Source: a virus (lineage: Duplodnaviria > Caudoviricetes). From it: 27,694 nucleotides of DNA. The stretch covers positions 1-27,694 of IMG/VR virus record IMGVR_UViG_3300020159_001694, one strand, 5' to 3'. Below, piece after piece: positions 18,750 through 26,368 of this stretch; the first letter of the stretch is position 1; every line of letters starts with the position of its first letter. The position numbers and the translations under genes are program-made. The notes below the pieces were generated by a model. That model was not told the origin of the DNA, made no database searches, and saw nothing but the letters and a program-made list of their open reading frames with translations.

Positions 18750-19029
18750 TTTCTTCTTCTATTAATATGTTATTTTTTAGTAAGGTATTGAAAGCAATTC
18801 TAAATGAAACTGTTGTTTCTTTTTGTGCAAATAATCCCATTTCTTCATCAGAATCTTCGAATTCATTTAACACTCTCTCAATACACATTTTTATTACTTC
18901 GTATTTGAAGATGTTGATTTCAAGAGTTTCTGAATCATCTTCTTCATCTTTAATTGTTTTACCGGTTCTACAAACTTCACTAATCGAATCAAGGTCAATG
19001 TAATAAAGTTTTCCGAAGACTTCAACCAT
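18742..19029 (-). CDS. Hypothetical acidic protein
   Basis: 95 aa; overlaps the GT start by 8 nt. Confidence 0.65.
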   Translation of the reverse strand: MVEVFGKLYYIDLDSISEVCRTGKTIKDEEDDSETLEINIFKYEVIKMCIERVLNEFEDSDEEMGLFAQKETTVSFRIAFNTLLKNNILIEEENE

Positions 19030-19610
19030 AATTTATCTATTTCATTTAATTTATTGATTTCTATAGTATTTGTAAAGTATTGATTGTACGGAGTGTTAAA
19101 TTTAATTGCCTTTTTATTTTTTGGGCAAGAATCGATAACTTTTTTATTGTCTGTAATCCATAAATCACACTTTTCCCAAAGATTGGGTATTTCAGATACT
19201 AAAGAAAATTTTATGTTATTTGACATACATCCATTTCTTGATAGAAAGAAAAGAGTTGCGGCTTTCGCTTTACCCAATTCATTAATACCGACTAATGTTA
19301 TGTTATGTTCTCTGTTCTCGTAAATGAATTCATTAAGGTGAATGAATGCATTTTGATAACTTAATGTTGCGTGTCCAAAAATTTCAATTGGATAATCGAT
19401 GTATAAAAAATTATCATATTCCTCTTTAGATTGGAATTTATAATAATTTAAAAGATTATCATTTTGAATTACACTTTCCTTTCCATACTCAAAAGACTCT
19501 CGTTCATCCCCCTCTTCAATTTCTGAGTCGATGAAATAGTCTTGGTAATGGTAATCGAATTTTTGTATGATGTTTCTTAAAACACCATCAATACTGATGT
19601 ATATTTCCAT
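18894..19610 (-). CDS. HAD-superfamily 5'(3')-deoxyribonucleotidase-like protein with degenerate motif I
   Basis: 'YISIDGVLRN', 'DLWITDN', 'KFNTPYN'. Confidence 0.65.
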   Translation of the reverse strand: MEIYISIDGVLRNIIQKFDYHYQDYFIDSEIEEGDERESFEYGKESVIQNDNLLNYYKFQSKEEYDNFLYIDYPIEIFGHATLSYQNAFIHLNEFIYENREHNITLVGINELGKAKAATLFFLSRNGCMSNNIKFSLVSEIPNLWEKCDLWITDNKKVIDSCPKNKKAIKFNTPYNQYFTNTIEINKLNEIDKLWLKSSENFITLTLIRLVKFVEPVKQLKMKKMIQKLLKSTSSNTK

Positions 19611-19646
19611 AATGAAAATATAACATAGATAGGTTTATAAGTAAAC

Positions 19647-19686
19647 AATAAACCCACACCATTATGATAAACGATGTGGGTTTATT
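19647..19686. terminator. Inverted repeat (12-bp stem, 16-nt loop) downstream of phoH; possible terminator
   Basis: AATAAACCCACA (19647-19658) pairs with TGTGGGTTTATT (19675-19686). Confidence 0.55.
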
Positions 19687-19706
19687 AATCAAAATTAACT
19701 TTATTG

Positions 19707-20417
19707 TTAATCGTATCTTTCTAAAATTTCAGAAATGATTGGGTTTCTAACAATGTCTTGGTTACCAAATTCGAATACTCCGATACCTCTAACATCACCT
19801 AATCTTTTCTTCGCATCATATAAACCTGATTTGGTTTTGTCTTTGAATTTATCCGATTGTTCCAAATCTCCCGATAAAAAGAACTTTGAATTAAAACCGA
19901 TACGAGTTAACAAAAGTTTGATTTGTGCAGGTGTCGCATTTTGGGCCTCCTCAAATACTAAAATAGTATTATCAACATTCCATCCTCTCATATACGCTAA
20001 AGCAGCAACTTCAATAAAACCTTCATCTTTTAAGGCTTCTCTCGATTCTTTACCAATTATCTTATTTAAAAGATAATATGATGGGTAGATATATGGGTCT
20101 AATTTTTCTTCTAAACCACCGGGTAATGAACCTAACTTTTCTTCCGCCTCAACCGCCGGTCTAACAATGATAATTTTCTCATATTTGTTAGAGTCGTCCC
20201 AAAGTAAATCTACTGCTCTTTTCATTGCTATGTAAGATTTACCAACCCCAGCAGGTCCAAAACAAAGGGTGATTTGATTTTCACCAAGTATTTTCCAGTA
20301 TTCTTCTTGATTTTTAGTTAAGAATTTTTCTTTAGGTCGTTTAATGAGTTCTCTAATTCTCTGTTTAGGTAGTGTTTTCTTATCTTCTTGGACGGTTTTT
20401 ACTTTTTGTTTCAACAA
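19707..20417 (-). CDS. phoH: PhoH-family ATPase
   Basis: Walker A 'GPAGVGKS', 'RPAVE..EKLG.LPG', 'YMRG', 'EEAQN', 'LTRIG', 'GDLEQSD', 'DIVRNPII'. TTG start. Confidence 0.95.
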   Translation of the reverse strand: MLKQKVKTVQEDKKTLPKQRIRELIKRPKEKFLTKNQEEYWKILGENQITLCFGPAGVGKSYIAMKRAVDLLWDDSNKYEKIIIVRPAVEAEEKLGSLPGGLEEKLDPYIYPSYYLLNKIIGKESREALKDEGFIEVAALAYMRGWNVDNTILVFEEAQNATPAQIKLLLTRIGFNSKFFLSGDLEQSDKFKDKTKSGLYDAKKRLGDVRGIGVFEFGNQDIVRNPIISEILERYD

Positions 20418-20462
20418 AATATCTCCTATTTAATTTGTATATTATTTTATGATAAATATCAT

Positions 20463-21122
20463 CTAATTACCTGTAGAACCAAATCCACCATCACCTCTTT
20501 CAGTATTTGATAATTCATTAGATTCAACCATTCTTATCTGTGGGTAAGGTAAAATAATGATTTGTGCTCCTCTATCACCAACCTTATATTTTACCGAATC
20601 CAATCCATTGGTTTTTTTGAAAGTGGCTTGTAACTCACCTCTATACCCACTATCGATTACACCTACACAATTTGATAGTATCAAATCCTGATTTCGAACC
20701 GACGACCTTGGGAATACTAAACCAACATATCCTTTAGGAATTTCTAAAGCGATACCAAAACCATATGACACACTAAATGATGTGTTTTCAATTTCTCTAG
20801 TTATTGTTAAATCCATACCCGCATCACCATCCTTTGAGTAGGATGGGACAACAGCTTCAGGTGTTAATTTTTTAACTTTAACTTGTGTGAAAAATGTGGG
20901 TTGGGTTGGTGGATTAATTGATGCATTTTCCATCATCTCTTTTTCCACGTCCTTATTTAAGGAAACCAATACGTGATTTAAAGTTTGAATGAAATTCTCA
21001 TCCAATTCATCAGAATCATCTACTTCCGAATCTTCACTTATTTCACTATTAAGTTCCATTAACTTATTGATATAATCTTGTACTTTATCTTTTTCCATAA
21101 TATTAACTACCTCGTTTTTCAA
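20463..21122 (-). CDS. dut: Trimeric dUTPase with an acidic N-terminal extension
   Basis: 'GDAGMDL', 'PRSS', 'GVIDSGYRGE', 'GDRGAQ', 'RGDGGFGSTG'. Confidence 0.95.
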   Translation of the reverse strand: MKNEVVNIMEKDKVQDYINKLMELNSEISEDSEVDDSDELDENFIQTLNHVLVSLNKDVEKEMMENASINPPTQPTFFTQVKVKKLTPEAVVPSYSKDGDAGMDLTITREIENTSFSVSYGFGIALEIPKGYVGLVFPRSSVRNQDLILSNCVGVIDSGYRGELQATFKKTNGLDSVKYKVGDRGAQIIILPYPQIRMVESNELSNTERGDGGFGSTGN

Positions 21123-21318
21123 AAATCCATTTATCTAATGCCTTAATTCTTTTTTTAAGTTCTTCATCTTGAGGTCTTAGACAAATCTCAACGAATAAAT
21201 CCGTTATTCTAACTAATTCCTCTAAGGTAACTGTAACACCAACAGATTGTACATATTCCAAAGCCATCTTGCTTTGTGATTGACGCATAATCTGTATTTC
21301 ACGACTGTAGAATTCCAT
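21103..21318 (-). CDS. Hypothetical protein
   Basis: 71-aa ORF in the operon, overlapping the annotated dut start. Confidence 0.65.
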   Translation of the reverse strand: MEFYSREIQIMRQSQSKMALEYVQSVGVTVTLEELVRITDLFVEICLRPQDEELKKRIKALDKWIFEKRGS

Positions 21319-21328
21319 TTTTTATTTT

Positions 21329-21562
21329 TTATTGTTTGTAATATTCAGGAGTATTTTTTTCGTCGATTACACATTCAATCGGCATCTTAACCACACTTAA
21401 ACTTTCACTTCCGCGAATGTCACCAGCACGATACTTTCCCGCCACGATTGTTGCTTCCTCAACTGATTCTGCTTGAAGGACGTACTTAACTTTTTTAATA
21501 CGTGGGTTACCTTCTCTGTCCATTTGTTCGGTCTCATAACCGATAGTTACTAAGTAATACAT
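21329..21562 (-). CDS. Small protein, DUF4494-like (Bacteroidota family)
   Basis: 'YLVTIGYE....EG...KKVKYVLQAESVEEA' resembles the DUF4494 pattern (from recall). Confidence 0.5.
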   Translation of the reverse strand: MYYLVTIGYETEQMDREGNPRIKKVKYVLQAESVEEATIVAGKYRAGDIRGSESLSVVKMPIECVIDEKNTPEYYKQ

Positions 21563-21574
21563 AATTGTTGTTTT

Positions 21575-22804
21575 TTATTTGTTAATAATTGATTTGAAAA
21601 ATTCTGCTCTGTTTTTATTGACTGTGTTTAAAGAGTATGTGTCTTTTACAGTTTCGTAAAGTCTATTCCCTAAATCCTCAACCATATTAGGATTCTCAAC
21701 TAATTTTTTCATATGTTGAGCCCATTGTTTGTGATTTTTTCTTGGTGAAACTAAAAGAGCGTTTCCCTTATTATTGAAAACACCTTGGTCTACCGCACTC
21801 ACTAAATCAATTGTGTATGGGTCACACTCACTTGCAATAATTGCTTTTTTATGAAAACCAGCCTCAATAACTTTTAATTGTGATTTATTTCCATTAAATA
21901 AACTTTCAACTACAGGTGCTAAAGATACATCGAATAAATTATAATTCGTTGCATATTTTGATATTTCTCTTGTCCATCTTCTTCTATATGGTTCATTAAT
22001 ATCGTTGTATTCTTCTTCCTTAAATGTTAATAAGAAATTTTTATATTCTTCAGATAATATTTTGTAGTCATCTGTGAATATTTTTTCATACTGATACCAT
22101 ACGGTTTCCATTGGTTTAATTTGTCTTTGTTTAATCTCTCCGGTTTGTTCGTTAATCTCATTAACGTTACCTCTTAAATCAAATCCACAAAGGACAAATT
22201 GTACTTTATCTTTAAATGTATGTAATGTACTTGAAATACCACTTTTAATTAATTCTAAATCGTGGAAGTGTGATGAACCACCTAACCAACCAAATCTAAC
22301 TTTGTCTGATTTTTCGGGATTAGGTTTAAATTGTGATTCAGTTTCGTCAACTGCATTTGGGAACACTGAAACATTCTTAACTCCCAATTTTTTCATAATA
22401 GTATCTCTAAAAACAGGAGTTGTTGTGGTTACATAATCCGCAGCTCTTAATAATTGAACTTTCTTTTTATGAGTTTCACTTTTAATGATTTGTCTAAACA
22501 TTGGGTGTCTGTGGTCAGGTTCCCAATAATCATCAATATCCACAACTACAACGATACCTTTTTTCTTTAACCATTCAATTCTTTGGATATTCTTTTCGAA
22601 TGGTACGTTGTTGTGAATAAAGCTATGAAGAACAACAACATCGTAGTTATCGAATTCAGAATCATTATCTTCGACACTATATTTGATATCGATATGAAAG
22701 TCGTTTCCGTAATTTTCTTGTAAATGGGTATAAGGTCCCATAATCCTAAATTTACCGACACCATATTGGTCAGAAGGTACTGCTAAAATTCTAATTTTTG
22801 ACAT
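21575..22804 (-). CDS. Glycosyltransferase, GT-B fold
   Basis: 'GVGKFRI..P', 'VVDIDDYW', 'ADYVTTTT', 'FPNAVD', 'FGWLGGSSH..DL', 'DVSLAP...FN..KSQLKVIEAG'. Confidence 0.85.
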   Translation of the reverse strand: MSKIRILAVPSDQYGVGKFRIMGPYTHLQENYGNDFHIDIKYSVEDNDSEFDNYDVVVLHSFIHNNVPFEKNIQRIEWLKKKGIVVVVDIDDYWEPDHRHPMFRQIIKSETHKKKVQLLRAADYVTTTTPVFRDTIMKKLGVKNVSVFPNAVDETESQFKPNPEKSDKVRFGWLGGSSHFHDLELIKSGISSTLHTFKDKVQFVLCGFDLRGNVNEINEQTGEIKQRQIKPMETVWYQYEKIFTDDYKILSEEYKNFLLTFKEEEYNDINEPYRRRWTREISKYATNYNLFDVSLAPVVESLFNGNKSQLKVIEAGFHKKAIIASECDPYTIDLVSAVDQGVFNNKGNALLVSPRKNHKQWAQHMKKLVENPNMVEDLGNRLYETVKDTYSLNTVNKNRAEFFKSIINK

Positions 22805-22838
22805 AATTTAATATTCCCACTTATGTTGGGTTATATCA

Positions 22839-22869
22839 AAAATATAATGAAAAAAAATGAAAAAACAAA
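22839..22869 (-). promoter_or_regulatory. Bacteroidota sigmaA-like promoter (TTTG-N19-TATATTTT)
   Basis: On the - strand: TTTG 22869-22866 and TATATTTT 22846-22839, upstream of the GT-dut operon. Confidence 0.5.
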
Positions 22870-23463
22870 TTACTTGGACTTATTTACTCCAGTAATTTTT
22901 CCTTTAAAGATAGAATCCCCAACCTTTAACACAAGATTCTCATTAATTGATTGTGTTTGTTGAGCCGTTAGAATTTGACTTAGTTTTTCATCCATCACCT
23001 TACGAACGGTATTTTCAATCAAAGTAGCTAACGCATTCATATTCACACCACTATTTCCCGTTGGGGCTGTTTGTGTTTGTTTTTTAGGTACTGATTGTTT
23101 AGATTGAACTCCTTCTTGCTCCATTAAACGTTTGGCTCCTTTTACAAAATCCATATCTAAACTATCATTCAAAGATATTTGAGGTATTGGGTTTTCTCTC
23201 ATAGCCTTTTTAATTGCTTCAGGTAATCTCGATTGTTCAATTTTATCAAGACTCGGAGTACCGACAGGTCTTGTATTAACAACTGGTTGTTGATATTCTT
23301 CGGAAACATATCCGGTATCTTCAGAAGGAGCCATTAATCTACTCTCATCGATGTTACCCTTTTCGTAGTTGCCTGAATCAACTTTATTCATTACTTTTTT
23401 AGCTTGAACTAATTTTGACATTAGGTCATTGGCTGATATTGGTCCGGTATTTAATTTTGACAT
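22870..23463 (-). CDS. Hypothetical protein
   Basis: 197-aa ORF preceded by the TATTTATA motif. Confidence 0.75.
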   Translation of the reverse strand: MSKLNTGPISANDLMSKLVQAKKVMNKVDSGNYEKGNIDESRLMAPSEDTGYVSEEYQQPVVNTRPVGTPSLDKIEQSRLPEAIKKAMRENPIPQISLNDSLDMDFVKGAKRLMEQEGVQSKQSVPKKQTQTAPTGNSGVNMNALATLIENTVRKVMDEKLSQILTAQQTQSINENLVLKVGDSIFKGKITGVNKSK

Positions 23464-23483
23464 ACTATAAATATATTTTTTAT

Positions 23484-24392
23484 TTATGAATTTATCAAGA
23501 TTTTAAATCTTTTAATTGCTTCTGATAAATTCTCAGGTGTTTGATTTGTTTGAGTTTCATCCTGAATTTTCACGTTGTCTTGTGACATTAAAGTATCTAA
23601 CTCATTTCTTGAAGACTTATCAAAACTAGCTCTTGTTCCTTCACCAGGTCTCTCGTTACCACTAATTTGTCTTTGGTAGTTTTTCCAATCACCTTCTTTT
23701 TTACTATATAAATCTTTAACGGCAGTTTCATAATCTTGTTTGTTTATGACTTTCTGTCCGTTAACGTCTTGTATCTTATTTTTTAAAGTATTGTAAATCT
23801 CTTGACCATATTTTGGTTCGGAGGTTTTAGGTTTTTCAATCACTTTATCAACTTGTGGTGGAGGTGGCGCAGGTGCCGGTGGTGTAACCTCAGGTTTTGC
23901 TTGAGGTGTTGGTTTAGTAACTACTTTTTTAGGTTGTGGAGGTGCAGGTTGAGTTATTTGGTCTTTTTTAAATCTTGGGTCATCTTCAAACCAATATGGT
24001 GAGAAAACGTCAACTTGACTTAATGATTTCATAGCATTTGGTGCCTTACCTTTTTGATAATCTGGTAGGTCAGTTAATTTAAAAGGATTTAAACCTGGTT
24101 TTGTTCTCACTTCTTTAACTCTATCAAGTCTAAACATTTTCCAACCCGGTAATCCTTTTTTCGAGGCACCTTTAAAAACATAAGCCCAAAATACTTTATT
24201 ACCTGATTTAGAATTTGTTCCTAAAACTACAGGTTCGATATCGTATCTAACACCAGACAATACTTCATCGGATGGGCCTCTATAATCAATTGTAATTGGT
24301 TTCCTTTCACTAATGGCATTTCTAATCAGCAAGGTTTTAGTATCTGTCTGTTCGTTTAATAATAATTCTAATATGTTAGAGATAATACCCAT
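23484..24392 (-). CDS. WYL-domain protein with Pro-rich linker and helical C-terminal domain
   Basis: 'IRNAISERKPITIDYRG...RYDIEPVVLG...FWAYV...WKMFRLDRVKEV' is the WYL signature (A-I..r..v.i.Y, R.ieP..l, R.FrldRi). Confidence 0.8.
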   Translation of the reverse strand: MGIISNILELLLNEQTDTKTLLIRNAISERKPITIDYRGPSDEVLSGVRYDIEPVVLGTNSKSGNKVFWAYVFKGASKKGLPGWKMFRLDRVKEVRTKPGLNPFKLTDLPDYQKGKAPNAMKSLSQVDVFSPYWFEDDPRFKKDQITQPAPPQPKKVVTKPTPQAKPEVTPPAPAPPPPQVDKVIEKPKTSEPKYGQEIYNTLKNKIQDVNGQKVINKQDYETAVKDLYSKKEGDWKNYQRQISGNERPGEGTRASFDKSSRNELDTLMSQDNVKIQDETQTNQTPENLSEAIKRFKILINS

Positions 24393-25051
24393 TAAAAATC
24401 AGGATAACCTTTGTTTTTGTTAAATTTATTTGTTGCAACAACTTGATTTCTTGTATTAATATCTGTTACTGAACCCACTTGTCCACCATTTTCACCCTTA
24501 CCTTTTTCATCGTTATCTGAAATTGCGTTAGGGTGAGTTAATCCGTATGAATTATTACTTCCATACATATTCTTACTTAAGTTTTGTTGTCTTAAATTAA
24601 TATCAGTAGATGAGCCAACCTTTCCGTTATTTTCACCTTTACCTTTTTCGTCACCATCAGAAATGGCATTTGGATTTGTAGTACCATATCCAAAATTATC
24701 ACTATATTGATTTTTTGTTACTAATGATATTCTTGTGTTAATATCAGTAAGTGAACCCACTTGTCCGTTATTTTCACCTTTACCTTTCTCATCATTATCA
24801 GATAAAGCGTTTCTATTAGTATCTGAATATTCGTTTGAGGAATTATAGGTATTTCTTGATAAACTATCAATCCTTGAGTTGATATCAACGTTAGAACCTA
24901 TTTTACCATCGTTATCACCTTTACCCTTCTCATCTCCTGTTGACAAAGCGTTTTCGTGCATTGAACTATAGATTCCCTTATCAGTATAAGGGTTCTTACT
25001 CATATTTTCTTTTCTAAATTTATCTGCAAGTATTTCGAGCTGTGTTGCCAT
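24392..25051 (-). CDS. Tandem-repeat protein (about 4.4 copies of a 47-aa unit)
   Basis: The unit 'NA(L/I)S..DEKGKG(E/D)N.G.(V/I)GS..DIN.R......N.Y....Y' is repeated. Confidence 0.85.
   Translation of the reverse strand: MATQLEILADKFRKENMSKNPYTDKGIYSSMHENALSTGDEKGKGDNDGKIGSNVDINSRIDSLSRNTYNSSNEYSDTNRNALSDNDEKGKGENNGQVGSLTDINTRISLVTKNQYSDNFGYGTTNPNAISDGDEKGKGENNGKVGSSTDINLRQQNLSKNMYGSNNSYGLTHPNAISDNDEKGKGENGGQVGSVTDINTRNQVVATNKFNKNKGYPDF
24400..25000 (-). repeat. 141-bp degenerate coding tandem repeat
   Basis: The EKGKG-coding 'accttt' cores recur at about 24500, 24641, 24782 and 24923. Confidence 0.85.
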
Positions 25052-25052
25052 A

Positions 25053-25532
25053 TTACATTAATTTTTTAATTCTTTCTATTTGTTCAAACAATCCCAAAGA
25101 ACTTATTGGTGTCTTAAATGAGTTATTCTTAACCATATTAAGTTGTGGTAAAAAATCAGGTTTTTTGGAATGTTTCTTTAAATAACTATTTTTTCTCTCT
25201 CCCGTAATTCCTCCCATTTCATCTGCATTCTTTCTACCTTTTTTTCTATTGGTTATTTGGTCTCTATCTTGACCTAAAACAGACCAACCGAAAGATTCCA
25301 TAGGTTCGCCACCATATAAATTATATGTTTGTGCGTTGTTTACTCTATCGACTGATTTAATGTCGTGTAGTATTCTTTTTAATTGTCCGTAATTAACTTT
25401 ACCTGTTTGAATTAAATTTTTTGCTCTATTGACACCTTCGGTATCATCAGAACTTGCACCTAATTGCACATTTAAATGTCGTATCACGTTTTCAGGTAAG
25501 TCATACTCCCTACCTTGTAATTCACTATTCAT
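25053..25532 (-). CDS. Hypothetical protein
   Basis: 159 aa, ending LFEQIERIKKLM. Confidence 0.75.
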   Translation of the reverse strand: MNSELQGREYDLPENVIRHLNVQLGASSDDTEGVNRAKNLIQTGKVNYGQLKRILHDIKSVDRVNNAQTYNLYGGEPMESFGWSVLGQDRDQITNRKKGRKNADEMGGITGERKNSYLKKHSKKPDFLPQLNMVKNNSFKTPISSLGLFEQIERIKKLM

Positions 25533-26316
25533 TATCTTTTACGTGTTTTAATATGACACTCGTTGGGATTCCGTTATCTTTTAATGTGTTAAGTAGAACT
25601 TTAATTTGTCTTCTGATAATTGGAGACACGTTACCTTCTTCATCTTTTTCTAACACATCGTTTTCTTTTGTTTTTTTAGATAAAATACTTTCCAAATACT
25701 CCTCAACGAATTTTTTAGGATTCTCAACCAATCTAACTTTGTCAGTATCCTTTAATTTTTCGTCATAACCCATTTTCTCCATTCTTTCTTCAGCCTCGTC
25801 ATCAGGTAAATCTAATTCGTCTTTAAAATGTTCTTCCGCAGAATCGTAATCAGCATCAACACCCATAGTCTCGTCATAACCTAAAGAATTGTTCATTGCA
25901 ATCTCAAGAATATCTTTTTTACTTAATTCTTCACCTTCTGCCCAATACTTTAATTGTGAAATATTTTTACTTGCTGGACCAAATGCACCAAAAGTACCAA
26001 TCGTATTCATATATGATTGAACGTAATCATCCGTCGTATCTTTAACGGTTACCCCTTTAGTTGCTAAATTTGTTGGTTTATCACCTGATGCAATATTACC
26101 ATCAGCATCCACAATTTCGTCAACTTCGGTTTCTTTTTCCACCTTTTCAGGTATTTTTTCAAAATCTGTTTTGTCTGAAAATTCTTTAGCCCATTTAGAC
26201 CATTTCTTCTTTTCCTTCTTTGAAGCACCCTTTTCATTGGCTTTAGCGTAGAAAAACCTTTGTTGTTTTTTCGACACAAACTTCTCTTCAATTACTTGTT
26301 TTAAAAATTGATTCAT
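25525..26316 (-). CDS. Hypothetical protein (basic N-terminus, acidic core)
   Basis: ORF 25525-26319; ATG at 26316 preferred over TTG at 26319. Preceded by TATTTATA. Confidence 0.75.
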   Translation of the reverse strand: MNQFLKQVIEEKFVSKKQQRFFYAKANEKGASKKEKKKWSKWAKEFSDKTDFEKIPEKVEKETEVDEIVDADGNIASGDKPTNLATKGVTVKDTTDDYVQSYMNTIGTFGAFGPASKNISQLKYWAEGEELSKKDILEIAMNNSLGYDETMGVDADYDSAEEHFKDELDLPDDEAEERMEKMGYDEKLKDTDKVRLVENPKKFVEEYLESILSKKTKENDVLEKDEEGNVSPIIRRQIKVLLNTLKDNGIPTSVILKHVKDNE

Positions 26317-26330
26317 CAATATGGTTTTTA

Positions 26331-26363
26331 TATAAATATCAAATGATACGAAAGATATTTATA
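26331..26363. promoter_or_regulatory. Divergent pair of candidate late promoters
   Basis: TATAAATATC-N13-GATATTTATA inverted repeat between divergent genes. Confidence 0.65.
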
Positions 26364-26368
26364 ATAGT

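Noticed and set aside
22816-22830. Small hairpin CCCAC-TTAT-GTTGGG in the GT leader
   Set aside because: Short, bulged stem; too weak to call a regulatory element.
24400-25000. Periodic DNA repeats as a possible CRISPR array
   Set aside because: The 141-nt in-frame period with synonymous variation marks a protein repeat; there are no identical repeats with unique spacers.
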